From NCBI GenBank assembly GCA_964016885.1, contig OZ024741.1:349122001-349186000 (forward strand): a DNA stretch of 64,000 bases, read 5' to 3'. The position numbers and the translations under genes are program-made. The notes beneath the pieces were generated by a model. That model worked only from the letters and a program-made list of their open reading frames with translations, did no database searches and was not told where the DNA came from. The DNA comes from Eledone cirrhosa (lineage: Eukaryota). Of the stretch, positions 29,473 to 42,111 are shown piece by piece (positions within the stretch are counted from its first letter, which is position 1; every line of letters starts with the position of its first letter).

Positions 29473-32400
29473 TTACAGACACATACTCAGAGAAGGCCCA
29501 TTCATTCGGGCCATACTTGCTTCTCTCACCCATCTTTCAACAAAATGCTGGGAAGAGAGCAGTTCCCTCTCTACCCTGATTTTCCTTTTCAGATGAAATT
29601 TGAAAAAGTTAATCAGGGCATCACCGAAGAGTTAAGTGCTCGTCTTCAGCCCTTTCAAACGTGTCCACCATACTATCTCTTTCACCATGACCACCAGACA
29701 GATAAAAACTGCCTGCCCTTCCCGGCTAAAGGAAGAGGGCGGGGCAATCCTCACGATGGACTCAGCTGATAGCTGGATCCGTCCTACACGTGACAGCAGG
29801 TGTTCGACATAAACCCACAAGTCAGCAATGCTCGGACATTGGACGAGTGCGTGCAGGACGGTTTCGTCACCCTGTGCGCATCTCGGACATGCCCGTCTGA
29901 CGGCACCTCCATGCCTGTAAAGTTTATCCCGAACTGGCAAAGCACTGCCAGGCCAGGGATTTCTGGAAGTTGTCCATAGGCCCCGGCCCGAAAGTCCTTC
30001 CGAAGAGATTGGCTAGTTGATTTTCGTCGACGCCTAGAGTTTCTCCAAGTACGTCGTCGCTCTTCCCCTCCACTAATCCCCTATAGAACGCCAAGGTGGA
30101 GTTTCCACCGATCACATTGCCCGATTGGTCGAGGGCTGTGAGCGCCTGAAGACATTCCAGTCTCCAAGCGCTCCATCTCGGTCTTCGCTTGACCCAGGAC
30201 TGCAGCTCCGTCAAGGAGACGAGCTGGGGATAAACGTGTCTAGCAAACGGTGAGCACACCTGATCACCGTCGAGGAAGAGGTGGAGATGTCGTAGCCTGA
30301 GCGCGTGTCTGCGCATCATCAGCCACGGCATGCCCAGCCCTCCACGTAGCGGGTGTTGACAACAGATGGACCGCCTGACCATCGGAGCGCGTCCCTTCCA
30401 CAAGAAGCGAAAGAGCAAACGCTCCAGCGCAGTCAGGCGGGGCTTAGGACAAGGTACGACGGTCAGGCGGTAGTAGATGACGGACGCGATGTACGCGTTA
30501 CCCACCTCCGCTCGACCTTTCAGGGATAGCTTCCTCTCGGCCCATTTCTGGGTGAGAGAAGCCACCCTGCTCGTCACCACGTCCCAGTTTTTGTCCGTCT
30601 GGAGGTCTGGACCGAACCAGAACCCTAACAATTGAACAGGTCCGTCCGTCCGGCGCCCGACGACGCTGTTGGACGGCATGTACCCGCCTCTCCAGGTGCC
30701 GAGCTTCAGGCCCACTGACTTTTCCTGGTTGATCATTGCTCCTGTCACCGCTTCGTATTCTCTTAGTGTAGTGCCGATCGCCTCGATGTGTTTGGCGTTC
30801 GACACCACTACGGTGACATCGTCGGCATATGCTGACATGGATCTTCCGCATCCTAGTTCGCGCGGGACCCCCCTCAACGTCTCCAGTTTGTGCAGTAATG
30901 GCTCGAGAGTCAATACGTACAATAGGGACGAGAGGGGACCGAACGCATGATGTTGACCGGTTCCGAAAGGTGACCGTTCACTCTCACCACAGAGCAGATG
31001 TCGCTGTGCATGGCAGCGATCCAGCCTCTGAAGACGGGCCCAAAGCCAGCCGCCCTCAGGACTGCCGCTAGGTAACGATGGTCGACCCTATCGAAGGCGT
31101 TCGACTGATCTAAATTGATCAAAGACCCACCCGTGCCAGGTTCCCTAGCTACCCTCTCTACGATGTATCGCATGAGGTGGAGGTTGTCGTGGATGGATCT
31201 GTCGGGAATGGCGAATGTCTGTGCCTCTCCCACCAGACCACCAACGACAAGCGCCAACCTCTTTGCTAGCACCTTGGCCAAAATCTTGAACTCTGTGTTT
31301 AGCAGAGTTATGGGCCTAAAATTATCTATGTTATCCCCCTTGTTCGGATCCTTTCTCAGCAGCGCCACCGCTCCTCGGCTCACAGAGCTGGGAATTCTCC
31401 CGTTCTGTTGCCAGTTGCAGTAGACGTCCGCCAAGAGGCCTCCGAACAAGTCTGGCATTTGTACGTAAAGTTCATAGGGTAGACCACCCAAACCAGGCGA
31501 TTTACCCCTGCAACTAGTCATTGCATCCCGCACTTCAGCGGTTGTTATCGGCTTTTCGCAACACTCCGCCTCAGTGGCCGAAAGCTGCGGCAGTCCGTCG
31601 AGGTAGACACTAAAGTCCATCCCTCGATCCGGCCCGCCACTGCCCCCGAACAGTTGAGCGAAGTGTCGCTGAAAAGCTTCACACATTTGCCCGGGATCGA
31701 GTAGCATGCGCCCGCCGTGGTCCACCAAAGACCGGATCGTGGCTTTGTTGCCACGACGCGCCTCCGCCACTCGGCCCCATTGAACGGCTTTCGTCCCCTC
31801 GTGTCTGAGAGCACGCACCCTAGCTCTGACAACGCAGCCTTCGTGCTTTGCATTGAAGAATTGGTCAAGGGCCAATTTCGCAGCAAGTACGTCGGTCGCG
31901 ATGCCTTTGCTAAGCGCCTCATCTAATTTTCTAACTAATTCTCCCTCTGCTCTATTTTTCTCTATTGCTAAAGTCTTACTAAACCTAATGGACTCTATTC
32001 TAATTGTTCTTTTCAGAGCTAAACACCACTTGTTGTTGACGATGGCCCCCATCAACGCCCGCTTAACTAGTTCGCTAATCCGGTCTCTGTAGGCCTTGCG
32101 CGCTGGTAAGGACGTGTTTAGCTTCCAGTAGCCGGGTCCTCGTCTATGAAGCCTATCTAAGTCAAGCACACAGATCACGAATTTGTGGTCCGTGTAGCTG
32201 ACGATCTTGAATTGTGGACAGCCTATGCTAGACCTATCTATTTCCCTACAAAATACTCTATCTAGATATGATCTGGATGACCCTATGCGTATTGTTCAAG
32301 TCCACATTGGTAAATTCGGGAAATCCATTCGGTACCTGTCAGACAGTTCAAAACGTCTGAGCAGGTTGGTGAGACTCTTGCACCCTCCTTCCCTATCCAC

Positions 32401-32865
32401 TAATCCCACACAATCCCAGAGTGCATCTAAGATCCCGTTCCAGTCGCCCACTAACACTAAAGAGCGGGACGTTCCAAGAAAGGTCTCCAGACGCCGGAAG
32501 AAATCAGGCCGCCCTGCTCCTGTCGGGGCATAGACGGCCACTAAACTTAAAGCTTGCCCGTCTCCGCTGGTCACGTCCAGCACCACCAACTTACCTTCTG
32601 AGTCCAGGAAGATGGCCCGTATGGCAAGATCCAAACCTCTCCGAAAAAGCACAGCAACTCCTCCCCCCGATCCCGGACGGCTGGGAGATGCGTACACATC
32701 GTAGCCGCCGAAGATCGGTGCGAAAGCCTGTGCTTCGGAGATTCTGGTCTCGCTGATGGCCACTACATCTATGTTTAGTGACCTGAGGACTTTGAGCAGG
32801 TGGCCCTGCTTCCATGACGACCCCAAGCCACGCGCATTTATGCTGCCTATTCTGAGTGAGGTCAT
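29473..32865 (-). pseudogene. Tx1 copy A ORF2 (APE endonuclease, RT, C-terminal Zn finger), frameshifted
   Basis: SINARG, SET, VYAP, GDWN, YLDR, TDH (APE); KSPG, FRPITLLN, YADD (RT); CPRC..ET..H..C; split across several ORFs. Confidence 0.92.
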
Positions 32866-32899
32866 GTTGAAAAGGAGTGGAAAAGATGGGAAAGACCAC

Positions 32900-34888
32900 T
32901 TACCTTACTTCTCGTAGGGGAAGGACGGTTTTTCCATCCTTTTCACTGCTTGTGGCCTCCTCAGGAAGGATGTCCTTATAAATCCTCCTGGAGAGTGCTT
33001 GTCGGAAGTCTCCGATGTCTTTGGGGAATTTTTTTTTTAGTGTCATGTACGTTTTCTGTGTGATGCGAGTGATTTGTATGTGTGGAGGTGGTGTGAATTT
33101 TGGGGTTGTTGTGTAGTCTTTTTCTGTGATGCTGGTGTTGTGTTGGATGTAGTGTAATAATTGGTTGTTGTTCAAATTTAATGCTGTGTAGTGTGTATCG
33201 TTTTGGTTGTTTTGTTTTGTTTGCGTTTGTTGTGGGTTTGTTTCTGTTTCGCATTTTGGTGACTTTTGTGGTGTAGGTGATGGTGGTGTTGGGGTTAATG
33301 ATGGTGATGGTGTTGGTGTTTGGGTTGATGTGGTTGGTGATGCTGGTGTGGATGGTGGCATATCTGTTCTAACTTTTTTGTTTCTTAATTTATTTGTTTC
33401 CCTCTGTATTTTGTTTTTGGAGAGGGAAGGAAGAGAATTTTTTCTTTTTTGGTTTCTTTTTTTTTTCCGGATATCGTTTCCCACTCCTCGTCGTCACAAT
33501 CTGTCCCCAGTTGTGATAGGCCGGGGAGTGGAAAATCCTCCACAGGCGTTAGTTTTGCTTGTGGCGTGGTGGATGGTGTAGGCGCTGGTGCTAGTTCTGA
33601 AGTGTTGGGTGGTGGTGGTGTTGGTTTTGCTGGTGGTGGTGGTGGTGGTGGTGGTGTTGGTTTTGCTACTGTTGCTGGGGTTGTTGCTGTTATAGTTGCT
33701 TCTGTTGTTGCTGCTACAGTTGTTGCTGCCATCTCTGCTACTGGTGGTGTTGATGGTTGTGTCACTGGGGTGGGTAGGAGAGGTGGCCTCAACCTTTTAG
33801 CCTGAGGGCAAAAAGCCCTTAGGTGGGTTCCTTCACCACAAACGACACACCTAGATCTTCTGGCCTCGACAATTACCGTGAGGTGGCTGCCGTCAGTGAG
33901 GTCTATTACCTCTGGGATCTCCTCAATGCTTTTTTGGTCCGCTTGGATCAGGAGCTCCATCCCAGATCCGGACCAGTTATCCTGCTTTTCCTTTGCTATT
34001 GCTATTATTTTTGTGTTGGCTTCGATGCCGGCGAGGACGGCCGCTATTAGCCAGGGAATTTCGATGGCCGGTGGAACGTGGGTCACCCTGATCTTTACGA
34101 GTCTCTGGCCACAATAGCTTGGGACGAGTGTGAAGTCGTCACTTCTTAATGGGGCCTCCTCTGGTGTTTCAAAGAACACGTCCACGGTTCCATACTTCTG
34201 CCCACGTCTGATGTGGGTTTTTCTTGCCCACACATGTCCCAAAGCTTTTTGGATTTGGGACTCGGATGCCCGTTCCACTCGGCGCGATTTTACATTTATT
34301 GTTCGATACGACACGGTGCATAGGCGCCGATGCTCCATTTTATTAGGTGGGGGGTGAGGCTGACCCTGTACCCATCTTTCTTTACCATTTGTTTGGCATT
34401 TTCTAAATCCTCCTGAGTTACCGTAAATGCTTCGAACTGTTTTGCTACTCTGGCAAAACTGAGGGTGGTTTTTATAATGTCATTGTTGTTGTTGTTGCTA
34501 TCGTTATTTGTGTTAATATTAATTTTAGTTTCGGTTGTGGTGGTGGTGACGTCAGTCGTCTTTGGTGGGGAAGAGTCCATTTTGCTTGATTTCATTTCGA
34601 TATCACGAGTTAATTTATTTTTTTCTTCTTTTGTTTCTGTTGTCGCGGTGGTGGTGGGGGGGGGGGGGTTGTCGTGGTGGTGGTGGTGGTGGTGGAGGCT
34701 TTAACACCTGCAGTCATTGGTAATGGCGGTAAATGAATGTCTGCCTGAGACAAATTTAAAATATTGCTAATGCTTATATTTTTTGTAGTGTTGGCAAACG
34801 TAGTAACATTTACAATGGTGGTGTCGGTGTGAGGTGTTAATTTGTGAGAAAGGCTTTCAGCTGCTTGGTGCAGTGGTGAATTAGCCAT
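32900..34888 (-). pseudogene. Tx1 copy A ORF1 (gag-like, CX2CX4HX4C knuckle, Pro/Thr-rich linker), frameshifted
   Basis: CVVCGEGTHLRAFC knuckle; pieces at 34610-34888, 34296-34595, 33385-34338 and 32900-33484. Confidence 0.85.
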
Positions 34889-35097
34889 TTTTTTTTCAAA
34901 GAAATGTTTTGATAATCATAAAAGTTTAAATTTTGGGCACAAGGCCCCAATCTTTTTGGGTGTCTTTTTCGGAAAACAATGTATGTGCGCTTATAAACAG
35001 TTAACAATAAAATTTTCCATAAATGACAATTTTTAACAAACGGAAATAACAAACCTTTGCGGAGCTCACGATGATACGATTTACTACGTAGGTCGCC

Positions 35098-35147
<50 letters not shown>

Positions 35148-35151
<4 letters not shown>

Positions 35152-38100
35152 CTAGCCAATATACGAAGAAATATTGTAAGAAAAAAGTTACTAACTGATA
35201 TAGAAATTGATCAGATCAAGCTATTAGCACAAAGTCAGCGAAGGGAAAATGAAACATGTGTCAGTGAAAACGAGGTAAACTGTAACACTTCGAATCCCAG
35301 GTTGGGGCGGAATCACTGGCAACAGAACAAATTAAAGAAAGGATCGAAAAAGTGGAGGGAGTGCATGCTCAGGATGAAACTCCAAATGAAAATAATGAGA
35401 TCGTAAATGATAAAGAAATGAATGAGAATGAACTTGCCAACTTGAAGAATGAAATTATGATCGAATGGATGAAAATGAAATAATCTGACATGGGGCAACG
35501 AGACACCTTCCCTAAGATCCAGAACTCCAAACAGAACCAAAAGATAATACACAAGACTAACATAATTCTCAAAAACATTATCATCACAAACAAACTAAAC
35601 ATTATTGATTTAAATCATCTCTATTATGCAGCAGCTAAAGTCACCACTCACATGTGGAGTGAAGATGAAAAAAAAAGGAATTCCCACAAGAAATCTACTT
35701 GGCAAGAGAACATCAATCGCCAAATAAACCTTATCCGATCTGACATAGAAACTTTAACAAACTATAAAGTAGGTGAACATGTTAAACAAACTAAACTTAG
35801 AAAATTGAAAATAAAAGTACAGTATAAAATCAACATGTGACATAGACATGCTGATAGAGATAATCAAACAAAAAGTGTCGGCCAAAGCTGCTCGTATAAG
35901 GCGCTTTGAAAAACGATCTAGATTCTATAAGGACAATAATGTTCAAAAACAACCAAAGAAACTTCTACAGAAAAATTGGTAAGTCAACAATAACTGCTAA
36001 ATCAATACCACCCAAGGAGGAAGTGCAAGAATTCTGGGAAAAGATCTGGGCCGAAGAAAAAGTTCATAACATACATGCCCATGGATAGACAGACAAATGA
36101 AAGATACAGCTCACCTTGAGGAACAAACATGGGAAATATAACAGTTGAACAGTTGCGCTTGGCTCTAAGAAAATCCAGCAAATGGAAATCCCCAGGAAAA
36201 GACAAAATACAAAACTTTTGGATAAATGCCTTCACAGAGTCTCATGAGCTGTTAGCCCAACTTTACAATGAAATAGTTAAGGAGCCAGAAAAGATACCTT
36301 CATGGCTAGTTAACGGCATTACATTCCTGCTTCCGAAGAATGATGAGACAAACAATCCCAAAAATTACAGACCGATAACTTGCTTGACCACAATGTATAA
36401 AATGTTAACATCAGTCCTAACTGAATACACATATGACCACCTGACAACAAATGACCTATTTCCCATTGAGCAGAAAGGGTGTAAACGAGGCTCATATGGC
36501 TGTAAGGATCAGCTTCTGGTTAACAAAATGATACTGGAAGATTGTCATAATAGACACAAAAATCTATCGATTGCTTGGATAGATTATAAAAAAGCATTCG
36601 ATAGTTTGCCACACAGTTGGATTGAAAAATATTTAGAGATTTTCAAAATATCCCCCGTTGTCAGGAGATTTTTGTCATTCAGTATGAAGACATTGAAAAC
36701 GACACTCCTTTTGAATAGTGAAACAAAATCACTGGAAGCTGGAGAAGTTAATATTAATTGTGGAATTTTTCAGGGTGACTCTTTATCACCGCTTTTATTC
36801 TGCATCGCGCTTATAGCATTAAGTAAAATGGTCAATGAAACAAAACATGGATATAAAGTCTATGACAAAACCATTAATCACCTGTTCTACATGGATGACC
36901 TGAAACTATTTGCAAAAAATGATGAACAATTGCAAGGGCTATTATCCACTGTGAAGCAGTTCAGTGATGACATTAAAATGGAGTTTGGACTAGATAAATG
37001 CGCCAAAGCAACGTTCACCAGAGGAAACCTGCTGAAGAGTTCAGACATTAATCTTGATCGGGGGAACGTGATAAGAGAACTTGATCAAGAAAAAACTTAC
37101 AAATATCTAGGTGTTTGTGAAGGAGACGGAATCAAGCACTCGACAATGAGGGAAAGGATAAGGAAGGAATGTTACCGCAGAGTGAGAGCAATCTTAAAAA
37201 CGGAATTGAATGCAAGGAATAGGATCGATGCCATAAATACGCTTGCCATACCAGTAGTAACCTACAGTTACAATGTCATCAACTGGTCAAGCACAGAGAT
37301 CCGTAGGCTCGATACAAAAATTCGAAAATTCTTAACCATGCACAGAATGCATCACCCTAAAGCAGATATAGATAGAATATATCTCCCTAGGAAAGAAGGA
37401 GGACGTGGGTTAATCCAGTTAGACATTGCGTTGAAAACTGCAACAATTGGATTATCTACATATCTAAGGGAATCACATGATTGGATGATCAAACTCGTTT
37501 TGAAACACGAAAGCATCAAAAGATCATATTCCATTACAAAAGATGCACAAAGATACAGAAATGGACTACAAATTTCAGAAGTCCCATTTACTGCTGAAAT
37601 GGAAAACACAGAAGAAGCAAAGCAGGTAAAAGTAACTGCAAAGAAAGAACTGCTACAGAAACTGGCTAAGAAATGGCAAGAAAAGCCTCTGTATGGAAAA
37701 TACCCAGAGCGAGCTAACAATCCTGATGTTGACAAAATTTTAACCCATCAGTGGTTGGCATCCTCTGGACTGAAATCGGAGACTGAAGGACTGATTATAT
37801 CGGCACAAGATCAGTGTCTGCCAACAAAAAATTACCAAGCCAACATAATAAAAAATGGGTGCAGCCCATTATGCCGTGTATGCAAAAAACAACCAGAGAC
37901 CATTGACCATATAATTTCAAAGTGCAGTCCTATAGCTCCAACCGAATACCTAAACAGGCATGACAGAGCTGCACAATACATACATTGGATAATGTGTAAG
38001 CATTTTGACCTGCCCCATCAAAAGAATTGGTGGGAGCATCAACCACCTCCCATACTTGAAAAAGATCACATCTCAATCTTGTGGAACTTTAGCATCCAAA

Positions 38101-38582
38101 CAGACCGAAAAATAGATGCAAACAGACCTGATATAATATTGAAAGACTTTCAAAAGAGGGTATGCCTGCTAATTGATATGTCTGTTCCAATAGACTAGAA
38201 TGTATCTATAAAAACATTTGAAAAATTGAGCAAGTATAAGGACCTGGAGATAGAAATTGGAAAAATGTGGAAATTGAGAACTAAAACAATACCAGTGGTT
38301 GTAGGCGCTCTGGGAATGATACCTAAGGGGGCTAATGATTACTTATCGCAAATCCCAGGAAATCCGCGTATAGGAGAAATACAAAAGATAGTACTAATGG
38401 GAACTGCCCATATACTAAGGAAGATTCTGTCAATATAAGTACATCACAAGTCTAAACACTAAAGATGCATGTGTGAATATGTATGTTATTTCTTGAACAT
38501 GGCGGACCTTGTTGTCTCTTGAGGTCACTGGTTGTGACTTGGTGATAACTCGTATGAACATAAAGCAAGATAAATGCAACTG
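35148..38582 (+). mobile_element. R4/Dong-clade non-LTR retrotransposon, copy B (slightly 5'-truncated), flanked by (AAT)n
   Basis: Starts inside the Myb-like region (KLANIRRNIVRKKLLTDIEI); RT, CCHC and RLE follow; (TAA)n tail at 38583-38619. Confidence 0.92.
36129..38438 (+). pseudogene. Dong-like RT + Zn finger + restriction-like endonuclease, with one in-frame stop at 38196-38198
   Basis: KSPGKD, NYRPITCL, GIFQGDSLSP, FYMDDLK, CRVC..ETIDH..C, RHD, RPDIILKD..IDMSVP, KLSKYKDL. Confidence 0.92.
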
Positions 38583-38625
38583 TAATAATAATAATAATAA
38601 TAATAATCATAATAATAATTAACAT

Positions 38626-39423
38626 AAACTGAATTTAGAGATCCACAGACATGGAACTGGTTGAGAAGAGGAGACCTCAAAAAGGCTACAGAAGGAATGT
38701 TAATGGCTGCGCAGGAGCAGGCCCTCAAAACGAAGTGGTTGAAACACCATATTTACAAGGAGGAGGCTAGCCCACTGTGCAGGATCTGTGGAGAGAGAGA
38801 GGAGACTGTGGCTCACATTGTATCCGAGTGTAAACACCTAGCCCAGACCCATTATAAGGGCTGGAGACATGATGTGATGGGCAGGGTGATACACTGGCAC
38901 CTGTGCAAAGTAAACAATTTACCACATTCTGAGAAATGGTATGAGCATCGGCCAGAGGCGGTGATGGAGAACGATCAGGTGAAGGTGCTGTGGGATTTTA
39001 GGATACAGACGGACAAGAAACTGGAACACAATAGACCTGACCTGGTGGTTGTGGACAAAGAAAAAAGAGCGTGTCTGATTGTGGATGTGGCCTGCCCATT
39101 CGACACGAGAGTGCAAGAGAAGGAGAGGGAGAAAATTAACCGATACCAGGACTTAAAGTGGGAGGTAAAAAGGATTTGGAACTGCCATGAAGTCAAAGTG
39201 ATCCCGATTGTCATAGGCGCAATGGGGACTATCTCCAAAAGTTTCCAGGGATGGTTAAAGAAAATCGGCCCCTTCACGCTTTTTGGAACGCTTCAAAAGG
39301 CATGCTTGCTGGGAACAGCAAGAACCCTCCGATACGTCCTGAATATCTGAGGCTGCAGGTAGTGGCTTGATATTCATTCCAACGGACTTTCCAGTTAACT
39401 AACATCAATGACTGAGATTCAAG

Positions 39424-39424
<1 letters not shown>
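38626..39424 (+). mobile_element. R4/Dong-clade copy C: 3' fragment of the same family as copy E, flanked by (AAT)n
   Basis: ORF 38661-39350 has CRIC..ETVAH..C, RHD and RPDLVVVD..VDVACP..EKINRYQDL; (AAT)n at 39425-39475. Confidence 0.92.
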
Positions 39425-39475
<51 letters not shown>

Positions 39476-39477
<2 letters not shown>

Positions 39478-41224
39478 TTTCATTTATTAGCCACAAGGGC
39501 CGACATGTAGGGGACAATACAAAGACAGGGACAGTGAGGGTTTACAATAAGGTCGAGTAAAAGTGCACAATGGCAAGACTAATTTAACAATGAAAATATA
39601 AAATATAAAATAAACTATGCAAAATATAACAAAATAAATTGCCCGATAGGGGGTGGACGACCCTGGGGTGATTCGGGTACCCCACCAATCCTGAACGACC
39701 CGACGCTTCGAGAGCACGCTGGAAGGGCACCCCTCTCCTCCTCAAATGTACCCACCTACAGGCGCATTACCAGAGTAGGCCCACTCACACGGGCCATTCT
39801 CGCCGCATTCACACACCTTTCAGCAAATGTACTGGGGAGCAGCACTTCTCTCTCCACCCTCACCTTCCTTTCCAAGTGAAACTTGAAGAAGTTGATGAGG
39901 GATTGGCCGAAGAGAAAAGTGTCTGTCTTTAGTCCTTTCAACCTGGTCCACCATATAATCTCTTTCGCAACTGCCACCAGACAGAGGAAAATGTCCTGCT
40001 CTTCCTGACCTAAGGAAGGTGGCGGCTCGATCTTCACCATGGACTCGGCCGATAACTGGATTCGTTCCACACGCGACAATAGCTGTTGGACATAACTCCA
40101 CAAGTCAGTAATGCACGGACATTGGACAAGTGCGTGCAGAACGGTTTCGTCGTTCTGTGCGCATCTTGGGCAGGTCCGTCTGACAGCACTTCCGTGCCTG
40201 TAGAGTTTATCCCGAACCGGCAGTGCCCCCCGGTAGCACTGCCAAGCGAGGGATTTCTGGAAATTGTCCATCGTCCCCGGCTCAAAAGTCATCCGGTACA
40301 GACTGGTCAGTTCGACTTCGTCGAGGCCCAAAGCTTCTCCGAGTGCGTCATCGCACTTGCCCACCACTAATCCTCTATAAAACTCGAGAGTGGAAGTTCC
40401 ACTGATCGCATTGCCCGCTTGGTAGAGGGCAGTGAGTGCCTGGCAACATTCCAGGTGCCAGTCACCCAGTCTCGGTCTCTTCTTGACCCAGGACTGCAGC
40501 TCAGTCAAAGAAATGAGCTGCGGAAAGGCCCGTCTGATAAACGGCGACCACACCTGTTCACCATTGAGGCAGAATATCTGGAGATGTCGCAGCCTCAACG
40601 CATGTCTGCGCATCATTAGCCACGGCATGCCCAGCCCTCCGTGTAGAGGGTGCTGGCAGCAGATGGACCGCCTCACCAACGGAACTTGTCCCCTCCACAA
40701 GAATTTGAAGAGGAGCCGTTCCAACTTGACGAGGCGCGGACGGGGGCAAGGCACGACGGTTAGGCGGTAATAGATGACGGACGCGATGTACGCATTCGCC
40801 ACCTCCGCGCGACCTTTCAGTGATAGCTTCCTCCCAGCCCATTTTTGGGTGAGACTGGCTACTCTGCTCGTTACCTCGTCCCAATTCTTTTCCACCTGGA
40901 GGTCTGGTCCGAACCAAACCCCGAGCAACTTTACTGGTCCGTCCGTCCAGCGCCCCATGACGCTGTTGGACGGCATGGGCTTGCCTCTCCAGGTTCCGAG
41001 CTGCAAGCCCACCGACTTTTCCGGGTTAAGTTTGGCTCCTGTCAACCTTTCATATTCTTTCAATAAGGTGCCGACCACCTCGATTTCTGAGGTGTTCGAC
41101 ACCATCACGGTGATGTCGTCCGCATAAGCCGACACCGCCTTTCCACGTCCCGGTTCGAGCGGGATGCCCTGCAACAGCTCCAGCTTCCGCAGTAAAGGCT
41201 CGAGAGTCAATACGTACAGAAGGG
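39476..41224 (-). mobile_element. Tx1-clade copy D (different subfamily, 5'-truncated within RT), flanked by (AAT)n
   Basis: Open 484-aa ORF 39756-41210 (YADD..CPRC); own 3'UTR ending GGCCCTTGTGGCTAATAAATGAAATC+(ATT)n; AAT-like tract from 41225. Confidence 0.92.
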
Positions 41225-42111
41225 ATAATAATAATAATAATAATAGTAATAATAATAGGGAAGAAAATAATAATAGGAAGAATAGGGAAGAAAACGCACA
41301 TGGTGGATATATATCGTTATGGAATCGCTCCCGTAAGTTTTTGATTTTTACTTATTTAAAACAACTGTGATAGAATAATTCTTATTACAAATGAAGTATA
41401 AGATTACAGTTTTTTACTCTCAGCAAGCGACAACGCATCACATTACGGCATAGGGCCCCAATATTTAATATTCAATTTTGGATCAGAAATGTTATAGTCG
41501 AAAAAGAGAAAAATGGCTAAGTGGACAGACAGGCAAATAATTTCACCACCAACACCACCACCTCCACCATCACCACTACCACGCCAAAAACTCTAGGCAA
41601 GTTACCTCAACTTCTGTTTCTACTTCAACTTCAACACCATCACTACAGTACTACGATCACATTACCACCACCGCTGCTTCATTATCGCACCGCCGCTATT
41701 CTCTCCCACTACCTCCTGCTAAGTAGTACTAGCACATCACCACCACTGCCTCATTATCGCTACCGCCGCTATTCTCTCCCACTACCTCCTGCTAAGACAG
41801 GCATCGTGGTATTCCCACTAAATGAGGAAGGCATCAAAAGATATAAATAGACTGATTTGATGACCCGGTCAAAAAATCAAAAAACTAAAAATCAAAATCA
41901 AAACAGCACAGCAGCAACGAAAAACGTAAAGAAAAGAAAAAAGAAAAGAAAAACAAACAGACAGACAAGAAAAAAAAAACTAAGTCAGACATTCAAACAT
42001 TACATTACAATGAAACTTATGCTCATTTTTGTTTGTTGGGGGGGGGGGGGGGTTACCTATTTGTTTGTTTGTTTATTTATGCTCGTCTACAGCGTGATAG
42101 TGCCACAATAA

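Larger units (their letters stand above)
29229..35097 (-). mobile_element. Tx1-clade non-LTR retrotransposon, copy A (full length, disrupted), flanked by (AAT)n on both sides
   Basis: 5'UTR starts GGCGACCTACG..GAGCTCC, followed by ORF1, ORF2 (APE-RT-CCHC) and a 3' end CCCTTGTGGTTAATAAAGAAAAC+(ATT)n. (AAT)n at 29178-29228 and 35098-35147. Confidence 0.93.

Noticed and set aside
41660-41800. About 57-bp direct repeat in the spacer between Tx1 D and Dong E
   Set aside because: Local duplication in low-complexity CCA-rich DNA with no further structure.
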